From Lingula anatina (lineage: Eukaryota > Animalia > Brachiopoda): 64,000 nt of DNA. Position 1 is the first letter of the stretch, and every line of letters begins with the position of its first letter. The stretch lies in the NCBI GenBank assembly GCA_051362555.1, contig CM120642.1, forward strand, positions 23,684,001 through 23,748,000. Reading direction: 5' to 3'. Position numbers and translations under genes: made by a program. Below, in pieces: positions 1 through 13,487 of this stretch. Under the pieces are notes generated by a model. The model searched no databases, had not been told where the DNA came from, and saw nothing but the letters and a program-made list of their open reading frames with translations.

Positions 1-3000
1 CTAGCTTGTATTCAACTTTAGGATTCACAACCTCTTTCTTTTCTGGTTCTGCGGCAACTGGTACTGCCTCCCCCTCGGGAGCGTCAAGATCGGTGAACTC
101 TTCGAGATCCATGTTTTCAGCCGAAGACACAATAAGGGCGTTGTAGGCATTGAAGAGCCGAGGAGAGTTTTCGTTAGTTCTGCAAGCCAGGATGTTGAAC
201 GAGTATTCCCCGCCTTTTGGCAGACCCAGGTCGAAAGCCACGTTGTTTTCATCAATATTACGACGACGTAGAAGCTTCTGCAAGACCTCGTCGGGCACAT
301 CGGCGTGATGAACCTCGCAGAACAATTCAATGGAGGTACCCACTTGGAATTCTACCGTCACCTCTCCCTGGTCGGTGTTAATCAGACCCCCGGGATGGCT
401 GGTACAGGACACCCCCAACTTGTCACTGAGTGCATCCTTGCCTAGAATGCCCGTGTTGAGTTTGGGGAAGGGCTTGATGTCGGGGTTATCGTTACTGCAA
501 CGGATGAGATAATTACACACATTTGGCACGTCTCCTAGCATGCCTTCTCCAATGGCATTTATCTTAAGAGCATACTCCCCCTTTTTAGGAAGGCGCACGT
601 TGACGGTGGCTACCCCGTTTTCGTTCCTGGTGGTGACGTAATCCTTAAGAGCGTGCTCATCCATGCCGTTGCTGACCAGACTGTGTTCTAAGTCAACGCC
701 TACTGTGCAGTCAAATTTTATTTCCAAGGTACCGTCGCTAGTCTCGATGACAGCTTGATCGTGAGTGGTTGGTACCATTCCGACCTCCTCTGTTTCCTCA
801 TTGGGGCCGTAGCCGATCTCTGGGTTATCTGGAAGAGGCTCGCATTTCTTCTTTGCCTCGGGACAATCTATAATGTACGAGGAGACGAGCTTGAAATCTT
901 CATGCTTTCTCTTGGCTTTTCCGTGAATGTCCATTTTAAACCTGCCTGTAATCGGCAGACCCACGGTGTATCGGATTTTCCGCCGGGAACTTTCGACAAA
1001 AACGAAATTTTCGAGTCTGTTATGGACTTCTTTTTCTTCTTCTTCATCATCATCTTCATCATCACCATCGGCGAAGCCTTTTAATGATTTGGATATTCTG
1101 TACATAAACACCAACCCACTTTTGGGTTTGAACGAAAATTCTATGTCGATTTCGCCTTCCGTGGTCTGCAATACACACTGACGTTGACTGCGGTCGTTCA
1201 TTGATAAGTCCATTTCAAAGAACCGTTCTCTCAGATACACAGCTTTCTCGAAGTCCTGAAAACTAATAGGATCTGACAGAAGTTGCCACTTTGCATCGTC
1301 AGGCAAGTGAGTGTAAATGAGAGCAGAAGGGTCGGTCAAAAAATAAAACTCGTTCGTCCAGTGTTTGATTTCTTCTTCAGCTAACTGATCTTCTTCTTCT
1401 TCCTCTTCATTTCTGATAGCCTACAAAAAGAGTTGACATTCCATCAAGTTACAGCAATTTTTATATTTTTTTTTCATCTACAGAACATTAGGAATGCTGC
1501 AAGGTTTGCAATGTTCTAATAGGCCTAAGACATATCAATCTTGTATTACAGATTTTAATTTTCACTATTATTTCTCACCCTTCCATCATTTTCCAGCAAT
1601 TGCCACTCAGATTTCCCCTGGCCAACTACGCACGTGGACGCCCAGAAAACGTCCACCAGGTGCCACTCGTCTTCAACATAAACCGCATTCCACTGTCCAC
1701 GCATCTTATCGGGTTGCACGGGTTCCCCCAAGGTGTAGGCAGAACTTTTATTTACACCAGTGATAATTTCGCAAGGCACTTGAGCGCATCTGAAGGGGAG
1801 ATGCAACGTATTCGAATCCATGTCTTATAATTATCTTAAAGGTTGCTTTATTGTTTAGTGTTTCCTAGATTATAGTGAATATAACTGCTGAGCAGAACAA
1901 GAATATAAATATGTGGACCTATTTCTTTTCTTAAATCTCTGGTTTTATTCTAGGAAAATAATTATTTATATATTTTAATATAAGGGCATAGATTCATTAC
2001 CACTGGGCAGCACTTATGGTATGTGCAATATACATGTATATGTGCGTAGTATAAACATGTCCTTACCTACACATCCATGCAAACAAATGGGCATGACAAC
2101 CCTTATTCCACTTTATTCTGCAAAGGTAATCCAGCGGTGTGTTGGTAGATGGAAGAGAATCTGATGACGTCATAAGTTTTTCGACGTCATTAACATCCAC
2201 AGACGTCAGCCACCAGAAGATAGCTCTAACCTTCCCTAAATCTCCCCATGGGCCTTCTGTTAAATACTTGACCAAAGCTTCTAGATTTGACTCTAGCAAC
2301 GAATTCTCGACCTGGACATTATAAAGCAATATCCAATAATGATTCATAGGGCCATAAGTAAGAGTATGTCCAACTAATCAATTGTCTTTTAGGACGAAAG
2401 TGATTGCAAACTCCAGAGAGACAGAAACCAATGCTATCCAAACAGTGCATTTTTACGTTATTTTTTTCTTTAAATTTCATTTGTTGTATTTTGTCAAAGA
2501 AATGAATTAAGTCCTTAAATAAAAATAACCTACCTGTGTTGATCTTTTGTCAATAAATTCATATTTCTTCTTCTCAAATATCTCAATTTTCCGTCGCACT
2601 GTAGGCTTGGGTGGCGGGGTCTCGTCAAGATTTTCATACACAAGCTTTGGAATTGGTGCTTTCTTCAACACGGAATCTCTCCGTGGTTTTTTGGGTACGG
2701 GAGAGTCTGACGTTGACGTCACATTCACGGACACTTGAGAGCTACGCACGGGCGTCTCAGCCTTCACCGGTGCTTCCTTGCTCGTTGCAGGGACGGTGCT
2801 GACAGGCTGCCTAGGTTGATAGGGCGGTGGCTGAGGGGGCCGCGGTGGTAGATATGGACGAGGCGGGTACGGCGGTCGGTAATATGGCTGTGGATGTTGG
2901 TATCCGTACGGCATAGGTTGTGGGTAGTACGGCATACGAGGCTGCTGCTGCTGTTGCATCATGTTGTTTTGCTGATTCTGTTTAGATATTAAAAAAACGT

Positions 3001-3737
3001 TTTGTCGGTCATTGATAATATTGATCTACCAGGCGCTTTGTAAATCGAGGAATTAAAGAAAATTGTATTTGTGATAAAATTATGTGCACTTTCTTTTTAA
3101 CTGAGCCGTCACTGTTGTCCTCTCTCCTATGCACCAATGCATGTCAGATTTATTAGAAAAATTGCAAGTACTTGTATTTAAACTGAATAAGCACATGTCA
3201 GCCACAACCCTTAGTATCCGATAGTACAGTGCGCTATAACTATGATTCCCTTTGCAACTGAATCGATAGCTTAAAACAATTTATCACGAGTGCATCTTTT
3301 ATCAAGGACAAGTCACTATATGTACACAGCAACACACTATCTCCTGACCCAAACACAGATAAATAAGCACTGGTTTGAAAATGAAAACGTTGAATAACTT
3401 GGCGCACATTTATTTATTGTATCAATCTTAAACTTTATCGCTCTTTCACAAAATTAAAAAAAACCAAAAACCAAAAAACACTTACAGCAACATAAAATAT
3501 TTGAAACAAATATCGTGCAATTATTAGATGAAAAGTAGATGGTAAAAAATAGAAGACCAGAGTATTTATCCTTACCGTCGTAATACACATTACTTGCGGC
3601 TGAGGTTGTGCTGGTGGTATATATGTTATTTGCCCACGTGTGTTAGGCTGAACTCGCACGACTTGGGGCCTCCCTGGGGCTTGCCTGGCCTGGGGGGCAT
3701 TCCCCCCAGAGGAGGGCTTAGACGGAGTGCTTCCCAT
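1..3737 (-). CDS. Hillarin/kyphoscoliosis peptidase (KY)/LTD-1-like transglutaminase-fold protein, multi-exon, 3' end beyond the window
   Basis: Coding exons with GT-AG boundaries and consistent phases: 3737-3594 (MGSTPSK...PQPQ), 2977-2534 (Q/P-rich), 2311-2067, 1789-1579 and 1420-<1 (open to the edge). Motifs KVRAIFWWL, HAHLFAWMCR..VPCEIITGVNKS, QWNAVYVEDEWHLVDVFW, NEFYFLTDP..LIYTHLP...WQLL and repeated LP..G.Y.L.I beta-modules are typical of hillarin/KY. Probable 5' UTR exon donor near 4920. Confidence 0.85.
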
Positions 3738-4760
3738 AGTCTACACTCAATGCGATAACTCCGACACAGTCAATAAACCAGCATTTCTGAAATTATCAGA
3801 AAAGGACTTAACGCTATAGTTACTGCAAAGTTCTGTAAAACTTCCAAGAATAGCTATACTTTATCTTTATAATGTGGATAACATAAAAAATAAGATATGT
3901 AAAATAAATGATTTCCTTCGAAATGATGTTTCAATGCTATTGAAATTCCTTATTGAAACATAAAATAATTAATATAATTAGTATTGGTTAACAAACCACA
4001 CCAATACAACTGCCCTCAGACATATTTGTTATAGCATAGGCAATCAATTTAGTAAGAGCAAAGTGAAAAGAGAAACATTGATCTTTATATCGACAGCCAC
4101 GCGAGAAACAACAACAGATTAAAACAAACAAAATAAACATCAAAAAATTATTATGAGTGGCACGGGACAAAACTAGGGATAAGGCAATTTTCCTTCCTAT
4201 GCAATGAAGTCAATTGCCTCGACTATTGTTTTAACAGTATTAAAATATTTCGTGAGGCAATGCTTGTTTGCTTGTTCCCATTCCCCGCCCCTTCTCTAGG
4301 CACAATCCTGGATCCACCAGACCAAATGAATAAAACTATACGCAAACCATAATCAATGACTTATTGACACGTTCACTGTAAGACTATAATACTCAAGCCT
4401 TGGCCCGATGATAACACAATAACCATTTAGCCCAGTCATCAGATCGATTCAAAATTGTATCCGCGCACAAGGACAAAATCGTCTTGTCATCAGTCCTAAA
4501 ATGTCATTAATTTATTGTTCTGTATAATGAAAAAAAAAAACATAACTGTTCTGATAGAATGTGTTACCCCAGGCTGTGAATAATACAGAAAAAACTACTA
4601 TAAGAGCACAATACATGTGAAATGTGGCTACATACATGTGTACCGCATGGTCCTTTATGAATCGTGTCCTCGTAAGGACAAGTGCGCACCTGATCGAAAC
4701 TGATCTGACTACTCTCGATAAAGCGCGTATTTTTATATAAGTCTTAATCTCCGTTAGTTA

Positions 4761-4815
<55 letters not shown>
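4761..4815. repeat. (GT)n(GA)n compound microsatellite
   Basis: Directly visible. Confidence 0.95.
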
Positions 4816-4819
<4 letters not shown>

Positions 4820-5833
4820 GAGATGGACAGGGTGAGGTGATTCTTATTCACGCGATATCTGTAGCCATGTACCACTACAACATGGTCCAGCAAAGTACAT
4901 GTAGTACAAAGTTGCTTACCTTCAACCTCTAGTTTTCTGTCTTCTGTTCATGTAAATCACGGAGTTCTTAATTTCAAAACTGTCATAAGAGATAAACCAT
5001 TTTTGAGCGTAGTTCTAATAGTTAGTTAATCTGTACTGAAGCTGTCCGAAATAGTTGCCCAGGTCACTGTATCTGGTGTCAGCCGTCTATGTGTTACCCC
5101 CTACTGCGACAGCAAAAGAATGTCACCAGCTCCAGCCATAATGATAACGATAAAATGTGGCGATATTGCTACGTGACTAACTCAACTCAAACGAATCTTC
5201 TGAAACGCTATAAACATATATTTTATCAATCTTGGCAAACAAACTACAGCGCCATTTTCTTCACCCCAGTCTAAAACTAGGACATTTATCGATTTTGTTT
5301 TTCTAAGAAGGGGGCTTAAGGAGACACTCGAAGTATGCAATACAATACACAACAAATAACTGCTGTTCGATTCATAAGAGTAGAGGCTTTTCAAAATATT
5401 GTTTGGAATAATTCAATTGGCTTTCTTTGCACGTCAAACGCTTGAGTGGCGCACAAAAGCTGCTTTGGAGCTGTCAGTTTGGTAACGAGGGAAACAGAAT
5501 GGAGACTGCAGCTGCGCACGCAGTCTTGACTCACTGATACATAGTGAAGAGATTATTAAGTATAGCATTGCGCAATAAAAGACGGATAAGTGATCGTCTG
5601 AATTGTTTATTAGCGATACTTTTGAAATAAGGAGGGAAAGAAAAGTAAAGGCAGAAAGAAGAATATAGAAACGACGGAATAAATGAACGAAAGATTGACA
5701 GAAAGGGAAATGAAATAAAAAGAAAGACAAAAATTGAGAATGAAAGAAAAAAGACAAAAAGTGGGAATAAAAGAAAAAAGACTGAAAGTGTGAATGAAAA
5801 AAGAAAACAGAAAGAAAGAATGAAATGAAAAAG

Positions 5834-7511
5834 AAACAAGGCAGCAAAGCTGTCAAATGTACAGACAAAAAGCAGAAAATAACAATGCACAAAATAGGCT
5901 ACTGTCAATTCTGATGCAAAAGTCCATTATGCGTAACTGCAAATTCAACATCAAATTTTAGTTATGCTCAACAGGTAATACCGATGTAAGTAAAATGTGT
6001 AACAAGCATGAGGCTTCAGGCCCATGGGAGTTCAAGTTCACACTTTGAAAATGCCAGAATGAGAAAAATGAAAATTTCACACAAAATTGCATAAATTCAA
6101 TAATAAATGATAACCCAATTGAGCTGGCTTTCTGCATGATAATCTTAAAAATCATATTTGTAAGTTAAAAATAATAATAAGTAACACAGTTTTCTTTTCA
6201 TAATGTTTGTAGTAGCAGTGCAAAAAGATTTTTGTCAATTTTGATGTAACATTACATAATAAATTACAGAATAATTATCACCAATTTTTGATTATTGACT
6301 ATAAATAGCATGGGCATGAAGAAAATTTGATTACCATTTGGCTTCATGTCCATGGGAGCTCCGAGTCCCACAATGAGTATGCCAAAACGATTATAATGAA
6401 TATTTCACTAAAATGTATAACTTCCAGAAAAAGAAGTCAATTAGACTGCTTTTCCAACTCAAGCTGCATTTTAGTCCTGTGTTTCTTTTTTTGAAATTTT
6501 GACAGTCATAAGTAACACGGTTTTCCCATAATGGTCATCATGGCAGCAGCACCAAAAATTGTGTTTTCTTCTATTTTGATGCAACATTACATAATGCTTA
6601 ACAGCATAACGACCATCAATTTTTAATAATAAAATATACGTATCATGGATTTTCAGAAAATGTAACTAGCATGGGTCTTCAAGCCCGTGGAGGTTCTAAG
6701 TTACAACTTGAAAATGCCAATATGTGAAAAATTAAATGTTCACAAAAAACTGTTTAATTCCCAGAAAAATTTACATACAGACTGTATTGTCTACTAAAGC
6801 TGTATTTTAGTCCCATGTTTCTTTCCTGTAAGTTTGAGAACAGTAAGTGACATGATTTTCCTTAAATGGTCATCATGGGAGCAGTGCCCAAAATAGGGGT
6901 TTCTTCAAATTTTGCGGTTTTTCACTTATCGTGTTACATGTATCAGGGTTGCATATATGCTGAAAAAAAGTGAAAAAACAGCATAACTTCCATAAAAATG
7001 TCCCGATCACGCTGATGTTCGAACTTGACCTGCGTACTATGAATATTTATCAGTTCTGTAAGTTTCAAGCCAAAAGGTAAAACGGTTTTTCACTTATCGT
7101 GTTATCGGTGTTGCATAAATGCTGAAAAAAGTGAAAAACCAGCATTACTTCCATATAGATGACCCGATCACGCTGATTATCGAACATGACCTGCATATTA
7201 TGATTATTCGTCAGTTCTGTAAGTTTCAAGCCAAAAGGTAAAACGGTTTTTCACTTATCGTGATATCGGTGTTGCAAAAATGCTGAAAAAAGTGAAAAAA
7301 CAGCATAACTTTCCTAAAAATGGCCTGATCATGCCGATTTTCGAACTTGACCTGCGTATTATGAATATTCATCAGTTCTGTAAGTTTCAATACAAAAAGT
7401 AAAACGGTAATCCACTTGTTATCGCTGAGTGCACGGCGACGGCGACGGCAACGACGGCGACGACAGACGCAGGTGACAGCTATATGTACAGACTGCGTCT
7501 GTGCATAAAAA
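5834..7511 (+). mobile_element. Non-autonomous Helentron/HINE (pearl/DINE-like) element with internal ~160-bp tandem repeats
   Basis: 5' end AACAAGGCAGCAAAGCTGTCAAATGTACAGAC; tandem units at ~6920, 7087, 7246, 7408; (CGA/CGG)n microsatellite; 3' hairpin TATGTACAGAC..GTCTGTGCATA then an A-run. Same family as 57576-62918. Confidence 0.75.
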
Positions 7512-8479
7512 GAAAAAGGAAAGAAGATTGATGAAATAAAAAAGGAAATAAAAAAGAGAGCATATTGAAATCCTTGGGAAGATGACCCCAAGATCAGACT
7601 TTCGACGCCACTGTTACATATTTTTAAGTTCAGAGGCCGTATTCTCAAAAGGTTGTTTTTCCGTAGGCCTAACTTTGAGCGTAGGTCCGACTTTTAGGCC
7701 TACATTTTTAAATGATATTTGATGTCCTCGAAGGATTGCTAGTTACAAACTCTTGTATCTTCTCATGTGAATTTACAACTGCCTTTGACCGACTGTAACT
7801 TGTTCGTTAAAGTTATACACACTGAGGACCTCACTGAGGGTAAACGTGAAATTAGTGTTAGGCGCGGACATCTTTTCCAGTTTTACTTCTTACTTGTTTT
7901 ATGTTGTAGGCCTATATTTTTGACAGTAAGCAAAAATATTTTAGCTTTGTTACTTTTTGGTGTGGATTAAGCTTTCGGGTGCTTTAGATAAGGTTCTTAG
8001 ATTGAACATTTCGGGGGAGGGGGGGGGTTGGGGGGGGGGGATCAGTAATCATGGCAATGATCGGAAATGATGGTACCGGTATACGAGTTTATCGGCGAGC
8101 ATATCTTGTACATTTTATATCAAAATCTGTTTTGCTTTGACCCCTAAAGTAATTTCTGCTTTATCAGTACTTAATATTTTAAGGACAACAAATTGTTTTT
8201 ATACTGAGAAATTTCATAATGGTTTATAAAAAGATAAAATGAAAAGTTCTGAAATTTATTTACTAAAAGTCCCTACGTAAACCACTTCTAACTACTAAAT
8301 AATCTACGCAGGAGTAAATTGTGTCTGTACGGAACTAATCATACAATGAACAAAGCGTCAGGGGAAGTGTCGTTGGTAAGCGGGCGTTTCTCGATGTCTG
8401 TTTATAAGTGAAGAAAACAAAATAACACTACACGAGCCTTTTTAGATATCTAAGACGGTCCTGATTTTACATACGGACA

Positions 8480-9325
8480 ATGGCTGCTCAGTTCTGGAAA
8501 TACATCCCGAAGACTCCGAGCGAAAAGGGCGCGTTTGCCTTCATTATCATCATGGGTTTCAGCAGCCTTTATTACATGCTCTTTGTCGTGCATCCAACAA
8601 TATTTCAAGAAGCAACACCATGGTATTGCATCCATTTAGCTTTCATTGCTTTTGAAGCCATGAACGTTCTAGGAAATTTTTGGTACATTCTCAGCACGGA
8701 CACGACCGAGGGCAATGTTGTTCTTCCTAGCACTTTGAAAGCTGGGTGGCGATACTGCACGGCATGTGAGGCCAACTTTCCCCCTCGCTCCCACCATTGC
8801 CACACGTGTAACCGATGCATACTGCAGAGGGATCATCACTGCTTCTTTACGGGGAACTGCATCGGCTTTGCCAACCACCGTTACTACCTTTGTTTCACCC
8901 TTCATGTGGCCATATCTGGGTTTTATGCCGTTATAATGAATGCTGACTACACTTGGGCCGTCCTAGGTGGATTGTCTTGGACTTCACTAGTTTCTATGGC
9001 GTTACCAATTGTCTCTTGGATACTTGGACTGTCAGAGACCTACACCTTTGCTGTGGCATTTCTCAGCGCTGGTTGCATAATAGCATTCCTATTAGCGTCC
9101 GCTCTAACTGGGTACCACTGTTTGCTCATTTTCAATGGACAGACAACTTACGAGAGAACACACAATGTGAAGCAGTATAATCTTGGATGGATGGAAAATG
9201 TGCATCGGGCTGTGGGTGAAAACTGGATAGCTGCATGTTTGTTTCCTTTTGCACCGCTGAAAGTGAAAGGGGATGGATTTAAGTTTCCACAAAAAGGCGA
9301 GTTTGAGGACATTAAAGATATGTGA
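8480..9325 (+). CDS. ZDHHC24: DHHC-type palmitoyltransferase, ZDHHC24-like, intronless CDS (281 aa)
   Basis: Cys-rich domain CTACEANFPPRSHHCHTCNRCILQRDHHCFFTGNCIGFANHRYY, several hydrophobic TM segments, GQTTYE motif and YNLGW..N tail; AATAAA near 9475. The family is secure; the subfamily is assigned by resemblance only. Confidence 0.9.
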   Translation: MAAQFWKYIPKTPSEKGAFAFIIIMGFSSLYYMLFVVHPTIFQEATPWYCIHLAFIAFEAMNVLGNFWYILSTDTTEGNVVLPSTLKAGWRYCTACEANFPPRSHHCHTCNRCILQRDHHCFFTGNCIGFANHRYYLCFTLHVAISGFYAVIMNADYTWAVLGGLSWTSLVSMALPIVSWILGLSETYTFAVAFLSAGCIIAFLLASALTGYHCLLIFNGQTTYERTHNVKQYNLGWMENVHRAVGENWIAACLFPFAPLKVKGDGFKFPQKGEFEDIKDM

Positions 9326-11199
9326 AAGGATCCCCTCTGAAAATTAGTCTTATGAAATAATTCACAGGATAAATGTTATCAAGAACTTTTTTTGTTTTCT
9401 GGAGACCTATAATTTTGCTATGGCTCTATTAAGAGCTTGTTGCATAATAACTGTTTCTTACCAGTGACATTTCAAATAAAGTGGATACCACTGTTTGTGA
9501 CACCAAAGACATGTAAGGATATTTCTACCTACAAGATATTACTTGGCTTTTAAATGGGTCTAACAGATATTTTCTACAATTCTAAAATCAGGATTATATA
9601 GCGTTTGCTTTATTACCAAACATGTGACCAAGGACTTTACCAAATGTGATTATGTTTAAATGTGTGAAGTGACATGTGAGAATCTGTGATGCAAAAAAAT
9701 ATGTATAATTTATAAATTAATTGAACTAAAAATCTATTTTGAAGAAGAGATTTGACTTGCTATTTTACAAGAACATTCAACGAGAACACAGTGAAGAAAA
9801 GGAGCCCAAATATGTCTTAAATAGCAATTCCCTAAAATGCTATCAATTTACGTTTTATGTAATCTTGTTTTTGATAGGTATTTTGTAATTTTGTAATTGT
9901 ACAGTGATAATGTAATTTACTAAATGCTGTTTTTGATGGTTTGTTAAGTCATGATTTAGACATAAGTCTTTATCGTTAATAGTATATAGTGATTGTTTTA
10001 ACATTAAATTAATGTGTAGTGAAAGGAATTGTTGCATTAAATGTATTAAAATGATTTAAAGAAATTGTCACATTTTATCTTAAATGAGCATCTCCCATTG
10101 GTCGTTCAACAAGGGGTTGAACTCCTAAGACGGAAGTATGTTGAGAGCAATGAGAATTGTCAGTGGTAATTTGTCTCTTTTGAACACTGTAAAAGAGTTC
10201 AACCCCTTTGTTCGACGTTAACTACTTTAAATCTTCTTCCAAATTAGTGGACATACTGGTACATTTAGTAACTAGACATGACAACTATAAAAGGGGCTTT
10301 GGCAGAGGTGGACATCACTCTGTTTTAAAATTAAAAAAAAAAAAAAAAACACTGGGAAATTATCCTCCACAGGGGTCCTCGTTGTCACGAAGTTGGACGA
10401 AAGACCATCAATCTACTCTGTATGTACCTCAGAAACTGGGAATGACAGAAACGTCTTTATAATAGAGATTACATTTTCCCCTGAAACAGAGATTAATCGG
10501 CCGCTGTCAATGTTTCTTTTATGTTACAAAACTGAGAACAGTGCTTCTGTATTCTCAGTGGACAGGCTGAAGTCTCCCGAGAGAGAACGTCGTCAACTAG
10601 AAAAAAATTATATATCCAGTAATAGCTTTGGATAAAAAAGGTGATAAAACCGTGGTTAAGACATAATATTTAAAGGATATTTTTAAAATTACATTAAGAA
10701 ATTTTATGAGTGCATGAATTGAGAGGAGTCGCCGAGGCTAGTTTACTGTCAAAATTTGTTATCATACACAAAACAACAGAATCAAATAGATGTAGGTTGA
10801 AAATGTCATTTTATTGACATTTGCACTTTGATTAATGTTCAAAGTACGAATGAAAAATACTGAGAGTTGGATATAAATCTATGAATGACAATCATGCATG
10901 TTATATAATTTTCAAGCTTAAAGATATAATTTACATTTCAGCAAAGATGGAGGGAAGCTTATCTTTCTATCAACCTATCTTAGTCCCTGGGCATCTTACA
11001 TCACATTAATACCCTCATCACACATAAATCCCTTTATTGTGACCAATAAATTATATTATACATGAAATAATTTCAACTATGTAATTTCTTGAAAAGATGC
11101 ATTTTGACATTTTTTTAAAACCACCCTTGACACTATTTTGCGCAAACTGAGTGGCAGTGTGTTCCATTCCGCTGGAGCCGATAAAAGTCTTGTCGCCAT

Positions 11200-11965
11200 C
11201 AGGGCCGTAGCCTGAGCAAAATGCCAGGGGGGGCAGTAAGCGGACACGAGGGGGGGAGGGGGGAGGGGGTGTCCCCCTCCTACGGTGTGGAAAATTTTTA
11301 AAAACTCTATGTAAAAAGCTGCATTCTGGTGCATTTTAAAGGGATAATAACTCTTCGTTTTGGCCAAAAATTAATTTTCCTGGAGTAAACAACAATTTCC
11401 CCATACTTACCAATGGTTAATGAATCCATTTTTACATTCAAAGTTAGTCCCAGTTTTTTTTCTAAAAAGTTTGGTTTTTTTTTTTAATCTCTTAAGAGAT
11501 TTTAACAGAGTATAGCCATCAATGGAGGTCACGTGGTCTAAAGACAAATTCAGATATCAGAAAAATAGCTATAACTGCCGTTTTTGTAGTAAAACAGAAT
11601 ATATTATATTTCTATGAGTTATTCACAATGTTTTTCTTGTGAAATATAGATCTCATAGAAGAGTTATTATCCCTTTAACTGATATTTATTGCTCAATCAG
11701 AAGTCAGAAACTGTGGGTTCATTTTGCCATAAGTACAGTCATTTTTTAACACAACACGCCAATTGGCCTGGGGGATAGCTGCCGAAGGGAGGATGAGCTT
11801 TTTGGCATGAAATGAGTTGGCTAAAAACAGTACACCTTTGTAAACAGAGTGCATTTTTTCACAGAATTGATACCAACTTTGCAATTATTTTTTTTTACCT
11901 TTGCTATTATTTTTTTGGACCTCAAATCCCCCCTGCCCCCCCCCCCCCCGGAGGCTACGGCCCTG
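11200..11965. mobile_element. hAT-like MITE with 5-bp TSD (GCCAT)
   Basis: TIR CAGGGCCGTAGCC...GGCTACGGCCCTG; the empty site TCGCCATACATG is present in the duplicate at ~35056. Confidence 0.8.
11340..11674. mobile_element. Kolobok-like MITE (TTAA TSD) nested in the hAT-like MITE
   Basis: TTAA|AGGGATAATAACTCTTC...GAAGAGTTATTATCCCT|TTAA; inverted second copy at 53242-53564. Confidence 0.8.
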
Positions 11966-13487
11966 GCCATACATGTAGGTTTTTAGTGTGCCAGTTCTTT
12001 GTTTTAAAAGTAAGTGGCCAGAAGAACGTATTCAAGGAGTGAGAATAAAATTAAGCTAGTTCGAATAGATAAAGAGAATAATATCAAAAACATGAGTGTG
12101 CATGTTAAAAGCTTACAAAGAATACGTGCCGAATGGGCAGCCTCTGCCAAGCATAACTTTGAGTAGAGGGGTTATATTTTGTATGGTTATCTTTTGCGGA
12201 TCCTTGCTGCGATCTCCTGAATCCGCGATAAAAGTTGATTTTTTTTTCATTTTGACACCCATAGAGATGTGTCCAATCTGGATGTGACTGGGGCACTGCT
12301 AACTGTAGCAGTGATGTATTCAATCAATCGATGTGTTCATTCAGCGAAGCTATTGAACAGCACCTACAGTGAAGCTTTTGATCGATGATTAATTGTATTC
12401 GGCTTAAAAAAAGATTGATTAAACTATTTGATGTGATATTGTTTTGAGGATACAATAGTTTGGTTAATGTGTAATAAAGTAACAGGCTCCATTCTCATGT
12501 AGGGAGGAGGAAGAACATCACACAGCACGCGTCAAAGCCTTGAATTGCTTAGGACTATCAATGTATTTACCAGCGGGAAAAGTAATGCAAATGGATTGGC
12601 GCAAGTCCCACTTTTAAAATCAACTACAAGTACCATAGCAACTGTGCGAAAACTAGGAAAAAGATACACGAGACAATAACCTGTTCTTTGTCCGTGAAGT
12701 TAAATGAATTAGTGCATAGTGTATTTTCTGTTATAGCTCCCTGGAAGGAAGGTAAGTGTAGTTTATACGTAACCTGTTGAGTAGTAAGCCATTTTTGAAT
12801 TTTCCATGCCGCCAATATGAATGTGAAAATGATTAATTAAAGAAATACTAACAGATCAACTGATCTGTTCAAGAGAGAAAATGCGGGTCTTTATAAAGCA
12901 CATTCAACTGTACATAGTAAAATTCTAATAATTTCGTAAAGGTAGTGTATTTGAAGCCTGTTATTTCCGCATTACATGTAGGCTTGTTTATGACCAAAAA
13001 ATTGGCAAACGTTGTATTTTGTAGTACAAATGTCTAATTAGGCAAAAATGTTTCTTGGGCCAAAAGAAAAAAAATCATCCATAGGGACAATCTATATCGA
13101 TGCATAAATTGGCATAATTTGCATAAATTATGCAAATTAGGTACCAAAACTATAATATTTCATATTTCCATCAGTTTTTGCCCAAAACATCAAGTGTGTG
13201 TGTGTTTTTACAGTTAATTAAGCCTTTTTGGTCAGTTACACTTGTTACAACGTCTGGCAAAAGCATTTTAAGGGGTGGATGTACCCAAATACGGCTAAAA
13301 TCATCATTTTGGGTTTTTTTATGTCTAATTATTGGTTAAATGTGTATCTAACGTTTTTACATTTTGAACAAAAATATTTTTTTCTGGGGATTTTGATGCT
13401 CCCCCCATCGGCACCGGTGGCTCGGTCTGTGCCCCGCCTTCGTTGCCAAGGGCCGTTGGCATGGGTAAACTCGGTGGGAGTACCTTA

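Noticed and set aside
25-1181. Several short ORFs from the track (25-330, 330-512, 755-1084, 868-1068, 927-1181)
   Set aside because: Shadow or alternative frames of the long hillarin-like exon 1420-<1, which the track omits because it has no stop within the window.
5434-5908. 152-aa and 125-aa Phe-rich ORFs
   Set aside because: Translation of a low-complexity purine-rich tract; no domain or splice support.
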